A DNA stretch of 62,891 nt, counting the filler, from Basidiobolus meristosporus CBS 931.73 (Eukaryota; Fungi; Basidiobolomycota): the NCBI GenBank assembly GCA_002104905.1. It is 3 parts of 3 records of this genome, joined end to end, with 100 filler letters (N's around TTAATTAATTAA, not from the genome) between each part and the next. Parts side by side here need not be neighbours in the genome. Positions count along the whole stretch, not along the records: positions 1 to 17,362 come from MCFE01001092.1; positions 17,463 to 34,877 come from MCFE01001087.1; 1 more part is not named here. One strand, 5' to 3'. Of this stretch, positions 12,442 through 22,867 are shown piece after piece. Positions within the stretch are counted from its first letter, which is position 1. Each line of letters opens with the position of its first letter. Below the pieces are notes generated by a model. The model was not told where the DNA came from, made no database searches, and was given only the letters and a program-made list of their open reading frames with translations. The position numbers and the translations under genes were made by a program.

Positions 12442-15400
12442 TTGACTTTAGACTATGTCAAAGGAAGACTTCTCCATGAAGAACTCAGATGTAATGATCA
12501 AGCAGAGAAAATTGAAGATAATGCTTTATTCAGTTCAGAAAGGCATACAGAAAAGAAGGGAAAGCAACAAAACCAAAGAAAACCTGGTTGCTGCAACTAT
12601 TGTAAAAAGCCAGGACACTGGGCAAGAGAATGCAGGAAGAAACAAGCAGACAAAAAACAGAAACTAGAGCAGGCAAACCATATAACTACTGATGAACAGC
12701 TATTTGTCACTGTACAAGAGAGTGCAAGTAACCAAAGTAATGAATGGTATATTGACTCTGGAGCATCACAGCATATTTGTGGTATAAAGGATTGGTTCAG
12801 CAACTTAAAGACTATTCCTGTAAGAAAGGTTTATCTGGGAGATAACTCTGCATTGGAAGCTACCGCCAGTGGGTCTATACAACTAAATATGAGTGATAAC
12901 TCAGGGGCAACAACAGTAAAACTGACTGACGTACTCTATGTACCTGGAATAGCTAAGAACCTACTCTCAGTCAGCAAAGCAACTACTCAGGGACTGAAAT
13001 TTGTTTTTACTAAGCTGAGCTGCTCAATATTGAGTGAAAATGGACAAAAATTAGCTTTGGGAATCAGAGATCACAATATATACAAGTTCCAATGCAAGAT
13101 CATTGTACCTGAGTATGTCAACATTGCTGAAACTGTTGAAACCAACTGGGAGACATGGCATAGGAGGCTAGGACACATAGGGGAGCAGAAAATGAGCCAA
13201 TTGGTGAAAAATCAGCTTGTTTTGAGCCTAAAATACTCAATTGGGATCAAATTGAATGTTTGTAAGGGATGTTCATATGGCAAACAAGCTAGGCAACATT
13301 TCAAGAGCTCAGAAGGCATCAATACCACCGAAATATTGGCTATTGTACACTCAGACATATGTGGCCCCATGAGAACACTGTCCTTTGGAGCCAAGAGATA
13401 CTTTATGACGTTTATTGATGACAAGACAAGATATACATGGGTGTACTTCCTCAAAACAAAGGATGAAGCTTTAGAGACGTTTAAGCACTTCAAGAACATG
13501 GCAGAAACACAAACTGGGTGTAAATTGAAGGTACTACAAAGTGACAATGGAGGAGAATACTGCTCAAAGGAGTTTGCAAAATACTGCTTGTCTACTGGTA
13601 TACTTCAACAGACCACAGTTCCTCATACTCCACAGCAAAATGGAGTAGCAGAACGTGCAAATAGAACAATAGTAGAGATGGGAAGATCTATGCTACATGA
13701 TAAGGGAATGGACTACAAGTTTTGGGCTAAATCTGTTGCTACCGCTGTATACATCAAGAACAGATGCCCAACAACAGCACTACGTGATATTACACCCTTT
13801 GAAGCATATACAGGCAAAAAAGCAGATCTCCAGCACCTCCGGATCTTTGGCAGTGATGTTTTTTATCACATCCCTGACAAAAAACGCTCAAAGTTGGAAC
13901 CAAAGAGTAGAAAAGGGATCTTTCTTGGGTATTGTGAAGATACTAAAGGGTATAGAGTGTATGATGGCAAAATCCAGAAGCTGATCAAGAGCAGGGACGT
14001 TGTATTTGAGGAGAATTCAGATCAGAAAGCCACAGAAATCATTGGCCAGCTGCCTGATGATGCAATCAACACAAATGAAGAAGATACGTACCAAATCCAG
14101 CCAGAGATGGAAGATACTTCTACCAGTTCCAGATCAGAACAGATTATCCCAGTTAGGAGATCTACCAGAATAAGAAATGCCCCTGGATCCTGGTGGCAGA
14201 AATCCAATGATCATGAAGAAGCTTATCTTGCCTTATGTGCCAAACCTCAGAATCTGGAACAGGCAATGCAAGGTCCAGATGCTACTTAGTGGCAACAAGC
14301 CATGCAGGAGGAGTACCAATCACTGATCAAGGCAAAAACGTGGGAACTGGTAGATTTACCAAATGGGAGAAAGCCAATAGGATGTAGATGGGTCTACAAG
14401 ATCAAGATAACCTCAAATGGTGCCGTTGATAAGTACAAGGCTAGATTGGTAGCTAAAGGCTATTCCCAGATCCAGGGACTAGACTTTACAGAAACATTTG
14501 CTCCGGTTGCCAAGTTTAACACTATTAGGACAGTTCTAGCCCTGGCAGCTGTACACAGTCTAGATCTACAGCAAATGGACGTCAAAACAGCCTTTCTAAA
14601 TGGGGATTTGCAAGAAACTATATATATGGAGCAACCAGAAGGTTTTACCAATCCAAAAGGCCCCCATAAGGTGTGCAAACTTAGAAAATTGTTGTATGGG
14701 CTTAAGCAGGCACCCAGAGCATGGTATAACAAGATTGACACATATCTAGAGGAAATTGGGTTCTCTCGTAGCACTGCAGATCACAGTATATATGTGAAGC
14801 AGCTCAAAAAGGGTGTGATCATCCTAGTTGTTTATGTGGATGACCTAATTATAGCTACAAGTGATCAAGAGGCACTTATATAGACGAAATCAGATCTCTT
14901 CAGCAAGTTTGAGATGAAAGATCTTGGAAAATTGAGCTATTTTCTCAGAATTGAGGTCAAATTTGACATACCTCCGCAGAACATTGTGCTGAATCAGTCT
15001 AAGTACATCAGGGACATTCTTACATGCTTCAAAATGGGAAATTGTAAACCTGCAGCAACCCCTATGGACAATAACCTGAAATTAAGCAAATCTCAGCCAG
15101 TTATAGATGAAAACGGCTCAAATATGGACCAAAACTTTCCCTATTAATCAATGGTTGGTAGCCTAATGTACTTGATGGTGTCTACATGTCCAGATATTGC
15201 AGTAGCAGTTGGAATAGTCAGTTAATTCATGCAGAATTATGGATCAGATCAAATTGCAGCAGTTAAGCGGATTTTCAGATATCTACAAGGTACCATAAAT
15301 ATGGTACTGGAATACTCTGGAGCAGCTAATAGGCAAAAATTTGATGGTTACAGTGATTCAGATTGGGGTAGGGATTTGATTGACAGTCGCTCTACCACAG

Positions 15401-15825
15401 GCTATGTATTTCTTTATGCTGGTGCAGCTATTACTTGGAATTGCAAGAAACAACCAACTGTGGCACTATCTACAACTGAAGCCAAATATATGGCTGCATG
15501 TCAAGCAACTAAGGAGGCTATATGGCTACAAAAATTATTCAAAGACTTAGGTTTTAATTCAGGTGAACCAACATGTATTTACAAGGATAATCAAAGTTGT
15601 ATTTCATTAGCTAGAAATCCTACTAATCATGCCAGAACTAAGCACATTGATATACAGCATCACTTTGTGAGGGAAGCTGTAGAAAATACCTTAGTAGAGC
15701 TGGTTTACTGCCCAACTGACAAAATGGTGGCAGACATATTGACAAAACCACTAGCTAGGCCACAGTTTGAGATCCTTAGAGAGAAATTGGGATTAAGAAA
15801 TTATTTAGTTGAGGGGGAGTGTTGA
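12442..15825 (+). pseudogene. Copia gag-pol polyprotein (CCHC, protease, GAG-pre-integrase, integrase, RT, RNase H) with four in-frame stops and a 5' gag deletion
   Basis: ORFs 12442-14289, 14302-14883, 14914-15147 and 15229-15825 share one frame. Motifs CNYCKKPGHWAREC, YIDSGASQH, WHRRLGH, HSDICGP, QSDNGGEY, VYVDDL, GYSDSDW. Stops at 14287, 14881, 15145 and 15223. Confidence 0.95.
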
Positions 15826-16188
15826 AATATTGGACTATTTGGTATCATTCAGCAGCTAAAAATTTACTTAACAATCCTAGGCTAGTCTTAGTCACTGTAT
15901 GACTCATTTACTGCCTTAACTTTGCCACTTTCTCCAGATATATGATCTTATGATTATTCCCCTATAGTCAGGATCAAATTAGCACTATTACCAAACATTA
16001 TGTACTAACCCTGAAACTGTTACAGAATGCTCCTGAATATTGAGAAACCCTCCCTACTTAGTGTTGCAGCTGTATTACTTCTACAAAGGTATAAATACTG
16101 AGCTTCTTTATGAATAAACAACAGTTCAACTATTATCACTATTTCTTGATAAGTTCCTTATATCCAAATCACTTCTTAAATTGCAACA
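15820..16188 (+). repeat. Copia 3' LTR
   Basis: TGTTG...GCAACA immediately after the PPT. Confidence 0.95.
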
Positions 16189-16196
16189 GAATAATC

Positions 16197-17362
16197 TGTT
16201 ACAAGTCTTGGTATAAGAGTTGTAGAGGAATAGGGAGTTTAGCTAGTATTGTATTCACTAAAACTTGAACTGATTTTTATTGAGGTTCCAGCAGCTCCTT
16301 ATATACATTTTGCCAGATCAATTGCTGACTAATTGTATTTCCTAATGTAGGTTGTGGCTGATGACTCATTTGATTGCATCATCATCACCCAATAAGATCC
16401 TACTTAATATATCTACTTCTGTCTGATAAGGATCTGCTGATTCATTTGCTGACTAATGCTACTGATTTCATAGATAATACTGATGTACTGATAACCTAAA
16501 CATATACTAACTGATTTGACTAAAAACTGATCTAACTTAAACATTCAAGCGGCAGATCATAACATTCTCCCCTACTAAAGTTGAGAGGGTTCTCCTGAAT
16601 CTCTTTTCTTGTGATACCAATATCTTGATGGTTCAGTATTATCAGCAAGTCTTGCAAGCTTGAGTCTGTCCCTATGCACTAAGTCTTCCCGGATATTGCC
16701 TTGTTTGTCCACCAGTTGGTAAGTTGCAAATGGACATTCTCTGATGATCTTGAATGGTCCTGTCCATTGTGGCTCAAACTTCTTCCGAGTGTTGTTTCTT
16801 AGCAATACAAAGTTCCCAACTGTCAATGCTTCTGGTGCTATAGTCTTATCAAATCTCTGCTTCATCTTTTCTGCACTTTGAGATACTTTGGTCTGTGCCT
16901 CTTGACGTCTTTGTTCCAGTTGCTGGTGTCTACTTGGCTGACTGAGTTCATCTTCTAAGGTGTCTGTAAGCTTTGGTTGTGTGAGATCTCCTGGAATCCT
17001 TGGTTCACATCCATAAACTAAGTAAATGGTGATTGCTGGGTGGTGTTGTGTACTCTGACTCTGCATGCAAAGAGTGCTTGGTCTATATACTCATCCCATC
17101 TACTGACAACTCCATTTGCATACTTGGTCAGCATTTTTCCAAATAATCCATTAAACCGCTCAGTGACTCCATTAGTTCTGGGGTGATATGCCGAGGTTTT
17201 CAAGTGTCTGATCTGCTGCATTTCCAGGTAAGCCTCTAATGTCTTGCCATAAAGTTTGCACCTCTATCGGATAAGATCTCCACAGGGCATCCAAACTTCA
17301 TCAGGATCTCATGGTAAATGAACTTGCAACTTCTTGTTCACTGGCTATTGGTACAGCTTTAG
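16197..17362 (-). mobile_element. Ty3/gypsy 3' portion (3' LTR 16197-16564, PPT, integrase end), truncated by scaffold gap
   Basis: Near-identical to 41265-42430. The LTR differs at 2 positions seen. Three single-base homopolymer deletions split the ORF (16575-17066, 17018-17221). Confidence 0.95.
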
Positions 17363-17462
17363 NNNNNNNNNNNNNNNNNNNNNNNNNNNNNNNNNNNNNN
17401 NNNNNNTTAATTAATTAANNNNNNNNNNNNNNNNNNNNNNNNNNNNNNNNNNNNNNNNNNNN
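17363..17462. other. Scaffold gap with artificial six-frame-stop linker TTAATTAATTAA (17407-17418)
   Basis: 44 N + TTAATTAATTAA + 44 N; the same construct recurs at 34878-34977. Confidence 0.97.
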
Positions 17463-17903
17463 TGGAAGTGTATCGAACGGATATAAAAGACGCTGTGTTG
17501 ATCGACACTAATGCCTACTAATTTCACACTGCATTCAAGTGACGTTGCGAAAGATGGTGACATGAGACATAAGAGAGTAGTCACCTGACACGCGTTGTCT
17601 TAGATAGCCTCATACTACTATTGATTTTAATATGGTATGTTACTTTACTTTCTATGCATTCTAGCAAAGTAAGGGTAGCAGCTACTAAAAACATATGACC
17701 ATCAAGTACATCATAGTGGTGATTGTTCACATTCGAATACGTGATCTGATATAGCCATTCAAAATGACAAAGGACAAGTATTACAAGATTGCATGAAATT
17801 ATTTATTGTTAAGTACTATCAGTATAAGCAGGCCTATAAATCAACGCAGAGTTCCGAATACCTTTCTACAACAATGCTGGCATTATATGATAGGCAGCTC
17901 TAG

Positions 17904-18200
17904 CTAGTGATCGTGATGGCGGTCATTCCGGTGCTCGTCGTGGTCTCCATCCCAGTGACCGTCATGATCCCCATCCCAATGATCATCGTGATCCCAGCCA
18001 TCATGGTCACAGAATGGTCCGGTGTGATCCTCCTCACGACAGACTGTCTCCTTGCCACACTTCGTCTCCACCCAGTCGTCGTTGACACAGCGGATAATGG
18101 TGCGGGCATCCTCGGACGAGCACCGGCTTTCATTGTGGGTGCATCCGATCACCACTTGGCTCAGAAGGGCTAGAACAATTAGTGCGGCGTAGACTTTCAT
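17904..18200 (-). CDS. Small secreted protein H1 (98 aa): signal peptide, six-Cys CBM19-like module, His/Asp-rich tail
   Basis: MKVYAALIVLALLSQVVIG, then C-x6-C-x10-C-x9-C-x5-C-x9-C with C-x4-WV-x3-C, then DHDDHWDG-type repeats. TATAAAT at 18278-18272. Paralogous to three other intact ORFs. Confidence 0.9.
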   Translation of the reverse strand: MKVYAALIVLALLSQVVIGCTHNESRCSSEDARTIIRCVNDDWVETKCGKETVCREEDHTGPFCDHDGWDHDDHWDGDHDGHWDGDHDEHRNDRHHDH

Positions 18201-18894
18201 GGCTTGCCAGTTGTATTCGGAGAAACGTAATCGCTAGTTCGATGCGTACCAGCTTACGTGACCATTGTCCGATTTATATTCGCTCGCCCTTGCAACGTGA
18301 TATCCCGTGAGCCCATGATACCAATGGGACTTGCTGTAGTTAAATGGTTTGCATCGATCGCCTTTTCCCTGCTTTAGTAGTGTGGGTTACCTTCGTTTTC
18401 TGACCCTAACTCCATCCTTCTGCACGTACCCACCACCCCTAAATGATGCATATCTCTGAGAGACTTGAATGGCTGTCAGGGACTATATGTTGATCGCACT
18501 AGTACCTACGCTCCACCCCCACATCAAACTAGGGCTGGGCTACGAATGATGGTGCCATCTGGGATAACAGACTGGCTGCCTCAGTAACGTTCACGTGGAT
18601 AGCTATGTGATATTTTCTATTTCATTACTAATTGAGCATCTCGTTTGACGTGATGCCAATGTTGGACTCGCACTAGCTAAGTATAGAGTTTAAACTATAA
18701 ACAGGTGTAATGTAAACACAAGCAAGTAAGCATAAAGAAACTTCATATCTAAGTATGTCTTTTACCATTTGATGTCCAAAACGAGCTTTAAGAAGTGCAT
18801 GCATTTATATGAATAGTCGCAGCAGGCCTATGAATCTATAGAGCTCTTAATAGATTGTGATAGTGAAGACTGCATCATACATAGTACAGCTTTA

Positions 18895-19050
18895 TTAGTG
18901 CCCATCTTCACAATGCTTGACATGGTCCCCGCCGTCAGCATGGCCCTCACACCGATGCCGGTGATGGTCATCTCAGTGGCCAATGGTGCGCTCATCCTCG
19001 GAAGAGTACTAGCTTTCAATTGCGCATCCAACCATCACTTGGCCCAGTAA
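18895..19050 (-). pseudogene. Pseudogene of the H family
   Basis: Minus-strand translation LLGQVMVGCAIES*YSSEDERTIGH*DDHHRHRCEGHADGGDHVKHCEDGH* matches H1 at the signal end, C1 and tail. Two stops and loss of the central Cys module. The downstream flank (agcaggcctatgaatc) matches the H1 flank (agcaggcctataaatc). Confidence 0.82.
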
Positions 19051-19816
19051 ATTCTTATTACTCTGGTATACTTCTATTTTCAACTACCAAAGTCCCATCT
19101 TTACCTCATTGTGGGCCTACCAGCTATCAGTCAATTATAAATAATCGTCCCTTAGGATTTGACTATGATCAACCTCTGAATCTCTTGAAACACACATTTA
19201 GATATAGGTGGCTCGTTTCTATTCTGTCGGCTCCTATAGCACCATGAAGTACAAAAAGGTTGAACCCTCGAAGGTGATGCAACATATTTTGGTTGGCTCA
19301 AGTCTATATATCCGCATTGTTGGAGCATCAAATTGACAAGCATTCATTCCGACTTCTTTACATGGTAGCTGTATGCTACATTTCCGTGTGATTTCAATCC
19401 TCATGGTATGCAACATACCCTCCTGTAATCCACCTCACAGCACACCTCTAGATATGCATTATTGCTCCTGAATTCCAATTTCTCGCAGCACAAATGGTTA
19501 GTAAATCACCACTGGCCCCTACCTGGGCAAATAAGCTTGTGCTCTTTACTTTCGTTGCTCACGTTCTCAGGGGATATAGATCAACTCGGAAATTGGTTGG
19601 ATATTGGATTTTGCCTTAACGTACTAGCGGCAATCACACTCAAACCACAGTATTGTGCATAGCAATGGTTTCTTCTTGTAGGTGCATAGGCAAAGATGTA
19701 CATAAGTCGGCCCACTCTCTCAAGAATTCATTAAACAATCGATTTTCACCTCGACATCAATATTGCACCCCCAAAAATCAAGCTAGACGGCATCTCTAAC
19801 ATATTCACAAGTCCAA

Positions 19817-20155
19817 ATGAAAGTAATTATATCTCTATTCGCCCTTGCCCTCTTGAGTCATGCTGTGATCGGATGCAGCACTAATGAAAGCAGATGCTCC
19901 TCTGATGATGACCGCACTATTGTTCGCTGCGTTAATGATGAATGGGTAGAGACCAAATGTGGTGTGGAGACCGTTTGTCGCGAAGAAGAACACACCGGGC
20001 CATTCTGTGACCACGAGGACTGGGATCATGATGACCATTGGGATGGCGACCATGACGATCATTGGGATGGTGACCATGACGATCATTGGGACGCCCATGA
20101 CGGTGACCACCATGACGACAGACATGGGGATGATGATCACGATGATGATTATTGA
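19817..20155 (+). CDS. Small secreted protein H2 (112 aa): signal peptide, six-Cys CBM19-like module, His/Asp-rich tail
   Basis: MKVIISLFALALLSHAVIG, same Cys spacing, two DHDDHWDG repeats plus DHDDHWDA and an acidic His-rich end. Confidence 0.92.
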   Translation: MKVIISLFALALLSHAVIGCSTNESRCSSDDDRTIVRCVNDEWVETKCGVETVCREEEHTGPFCDHEDWDHDDHWDGDHDDHWDGDHDDHWDAHDGDHHDDRHGDDDHDDDY

Positions 20156-20716
20156 GGTGGTCAATGATTTTCCTATTATTGGCGACAATTGCATTCTCAT
20201 GAACATATAAGAATAAAGTTAATCATTCCGTTCCTCATCCATTTGCATTGGGACTAGCTGTTTTACGAATTTATGATAGTATATGTTTATCTTTATTTAT
20301 GATGGTTTATCAACAATACGAGTAATTCAACTATATGGCCAGCAATAATTAGCAACTAATACAAGTGTATATGAGGTATGTCTTCTATAGCCAGATTTTG
20401 CCATGCAATCAATCAAACATACAGCAGGATGTAATGAGGCGATATGATTTCATTGGTCAAATATCATCGGTGTATGGACTGGCTTTTTGGGAAATGCCAT
20501 ATGCACTCCTATCTCCCAAACTCATGTACTATGGCAGCAATGTGAATGTGCATGATACATCTTGGGCAAGTCTCTCAGTATACTATTTAAAGTCGTTGCT
20601 TTACTTCTACTCACTCACACTCAATCTTCATATTAGCATCTACTGCGCACACACAAACAGCATACACATCAAGCAAACTAGATACATCCTACCTACAAGC
20701 ACTCAGGAAAACCATC

Positions 20717-21100
20717 ATGAGATTCTATGCCACTTTACTTGCTCTTGCTCTCTTGAGCCAAGCTGCGATCGGCTGTACCCACAATGAAAGCAAGTGCTCC
20801 GAGAAAGACGATCGCACTATTGTCCGTTGTGTCAACGATGACTGGGTAGAGACCAAGTGCGGTGTTGAAACTGTTTGCCGCGAAGAAGAACACACCGGGC
20901 CATTCTGTGACCACGAGGACTGGGATCATGATGACCATTGGGATGGTGACCATGATGATCATTGGGATGGCGACCATGACGATCGTTGGGATGGTGACCA
21001 TGACGATCATTGGGATGGCGACCATGACGACCAGCATGACGGCCATGAAGACTGGGATCATGACGACGGGCACTGGGATAATCACCATGGCGATCATTAA
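20717..21100 (+). CDS. Small secreted protein H3 (127 aa): signal peptide, six-Cys CBM19-like module, His/Asp-rich tail
   Basis: MRFYATLLALALLSQAAIG, 45-aa Cys module, 63-aa tail with 28 Asp, 16 His, 7 Trp, 7 Gly (counted). TATTTAAA at 20584-20591. Confidence 0.92.
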   Translation: MRFYATLLALALLSQAAIGCTHNESKCSEKDDRTIVRCVNDDWVETKCGVETVCREEEHTGPFCDHEDWDHDDHWDGDHDDHWDGDHDDRWDGDHDDHWDGDHDDQHDGHEDWDHDDGHWDNHHGDH

Positions 21101-21848
21101 ACTAGTCGCAGAGATCATTATCACATTACAGAGTATCAGTTACAATGATGTGCATGAAATAAAACCTATATCAAGCATCCAACTTCAATAGATACGCCAT
21201 GCCATACGTTTATAAACTTTGTCCAAGAAAGTTGTGGCTTACTTCTCCAGGCACATTCTAATTGATTTGCAGATGTGGCATTTCAGTTGTAAAAGTGTTC
21301 AATATTGTTAATAATCCTGGCTTCTTTGTCTTGTAGGCATGACAGCCGTCGCCTAGGTATCAGATTGAATGAGTCTGCCAAAGATAACTTGCATGCACCA
21401 TACTGTCACAATGAATGGATTGTAGGTGAGTGCTCCAATGCAGGTGAGCACATTCACGAAAGTCGATTTGAGGCTATTACCTCTGATATACTCAGCTCTG
21501 CTACTGCATACAAGAAAGCAACGTGATTTCCTTCTACTCTGCCTTGCTGTAAAACTATACCCCCCTAATCACCTGCGAGGTTGACACGCACTCCCAGCGC
21601 AGACACATGAACTAAACCACGACTGTTGCCAAATCATTCGTTATCCAACCAGCACATGTATTGTAGTGGCACTGCTGGTGTACATGACACTCCTTGAACA
21701 AGCCTCTCAGTACACTATTTAAGGCTGTTGCTTTACTTTTACTCACTCACACTCAATCTTCATATTAGCATCTACTGCGCACACGCAAACAGCATACACA
21801 TCAAGCAAACTAGATACATCCTACCTACAAGCACTCAGGAAAACCATC

Positions 21849-22193
21849 ATGAGATTCTATGCCACTTTACTTGCTCTTGCTCTCTTGAGCCAAGCTGTGA
21901 TCGGCTGTACCCACAATGAAAGCAAGTGCTCCGAGAAAGACGATCGCACTATTGTCCGTTGTGTCAACGATGACTGGGTAGAGACCAAGTGCGGTGTTGA
22001 AACTGTTTGCCGCGAAGAAGAACACACCGGGCCATTCTGTGACCACGAGGACTGGGATCATGATGACCATTGGGATGGTGACCATGATGATCATTGGGAT
22101 GGCGACCACGACGACCACCATGATGACCACCATGACGGCCATGAAGACTGGGATCATGACGACGGGCACTGGGATGAGCATGGTGATCATTAA
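21849..22193 (+). CDS. Small secreted protein H4 (114 aa), recent tandem duplicate of H3
   Basis: About 145 bp of upstream sequence and the first ~250 coding bases are nearly identical to H3 (offset 1132). The tail has fewer repeats. Confidence 0.92.
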   Translation: MRFYATLLALALLSQAVIGCTHNESKCSEKDDRTIVRCVNDDWVETKCGVETVCREEEHTGPFCDHEDWDHDDHWDGDHDDHWDGDHDDHHDDHHDGHEDWDHDDGHWDEHGDH

Positions 22194-22867
22194 GCTAGTC
22201 TAAGAGATCAGAGTATCAGTTGCATCGCTATGCCTCAAGTAACATTCATATCAATAAACAAGTTATACCTGACAATCTCATCTATCTGGAAAACTGAGAA
22301 AGTACTCAGCGCTAGATTGCAATATGCTAGAAGAATACCATATAATCAATAACCTTGGCACGTTCATTGGGGAACGTTCTTTACAAGATATGTTCGCTTA
22401 TATTCCATCCGTGATACGAGACAAATAGGTGTCTCTATACTCCAATAGGATATCACGTTTGCACCATCAGAATATTCTGGTATACTGATCTTGATATTAC
22501 ACAGCGTATCCCGTTCACTTCATTCCATTCGCTAACCAACTTCAATAAGATTTGCTTATTCCGAAGAGCGAATTTCACCCCATGATTCATAGAGAAGGTA
22601 CCCTCATCGAATGTCTCAACAGCAAGTTGGCTAAGAGCATATGCATCAACTGGACCGTTCGTAACAAGGAATGTCACACGAGGCCCAGGAGTGATTGTAC
22701 TGATATCCATGATAACAACACAAGTGTAAGCGAGATGACACGAACCAACTGGCCAGGTTAGCTTGAAATTGAGGGATTTTATTTGACATGAGGGGGTTAA
22801 ACAGTGAAGGATTATGGGATATTTATAAAATTAATTTCACTATTGCCGATGTTCAAACTTGGGTGAT

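Larger units (their letters stand above)
11948..16188 (+). mobile_element. Full-length but defective Ty1/copia LTR retrotransposon (Ty5/copia-type PBS)
   Basis: Two 369-bp LTRs (11948-12316, 15820-16188), about 11 differences by eye (~97%). Perfect 5-bp TSD GAATA (11943-11947, 16189-16193). PBS GGTTATGAGCCC at 12317-12328; PPT GAGGGGGAG at 15811-15819. Confidence 0.96.

Noticed and set aside
14287-15225. RIP as the cause of the copia stop codons
   Set aside because: Three of four stops fit C-to-T at CA, but the LTR pair shows many transversions and the near-identical gypsy duplicates are unmutated. This is too little to claim RIP.
11948-16564. Copia and gypsy LTRs have nearly the same length (369 vs 368 bp) and both start TGTT
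   Set aside because: No internal similarity seen. TG...CA ends are universal and the length match is probably coincidence.
17018-17330. Frameshifts in the truncated gypsy copy as real inactivation
   Set aside because: All three are single-base losses in homopolymer runs near a contig end, so they are more likely sequencing errors.
17407-17418. Palindrome TTAATTAATTAA (also 34922-34933)
   Set aside because: Artificial six-frame stop linker within N padding. It also means adjacency of the gene island to the TE nests depends on scaffolding.
19264-19275. ACCCTCGAAGGT, similar to the yeast Zap1 zinc-response element, between divergent H genes
   Set aside because: It is one base longer than the 11-bp consensus, occurs once, and is not repeated upstream of the other H or POT genes. 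Scattered CAAGGT hexamers are at chance frequency.
19991-22190. H proteins as Kex2-processed repeat proteins or dikaritin-type RiPP precursors
   Set aside because: No KR/RR sites between repeats, and no DUF3328 or other tailoring enzyme is recognisable in the contig. His-Trp crosslinking cannot be supported from sequence.
17900-22203. Hydrophobic Met/Val/Ile-rich antisense ORFs and Thr/Met/Ile-rich alternate-frame ORFs over the H genes
   Set aside because: They are automatic products of GAC/GAT/CAT repeat codons, which give stop-free alternative frames. Only the signal-Cys-His frame has coherent architecture and a TATA box.
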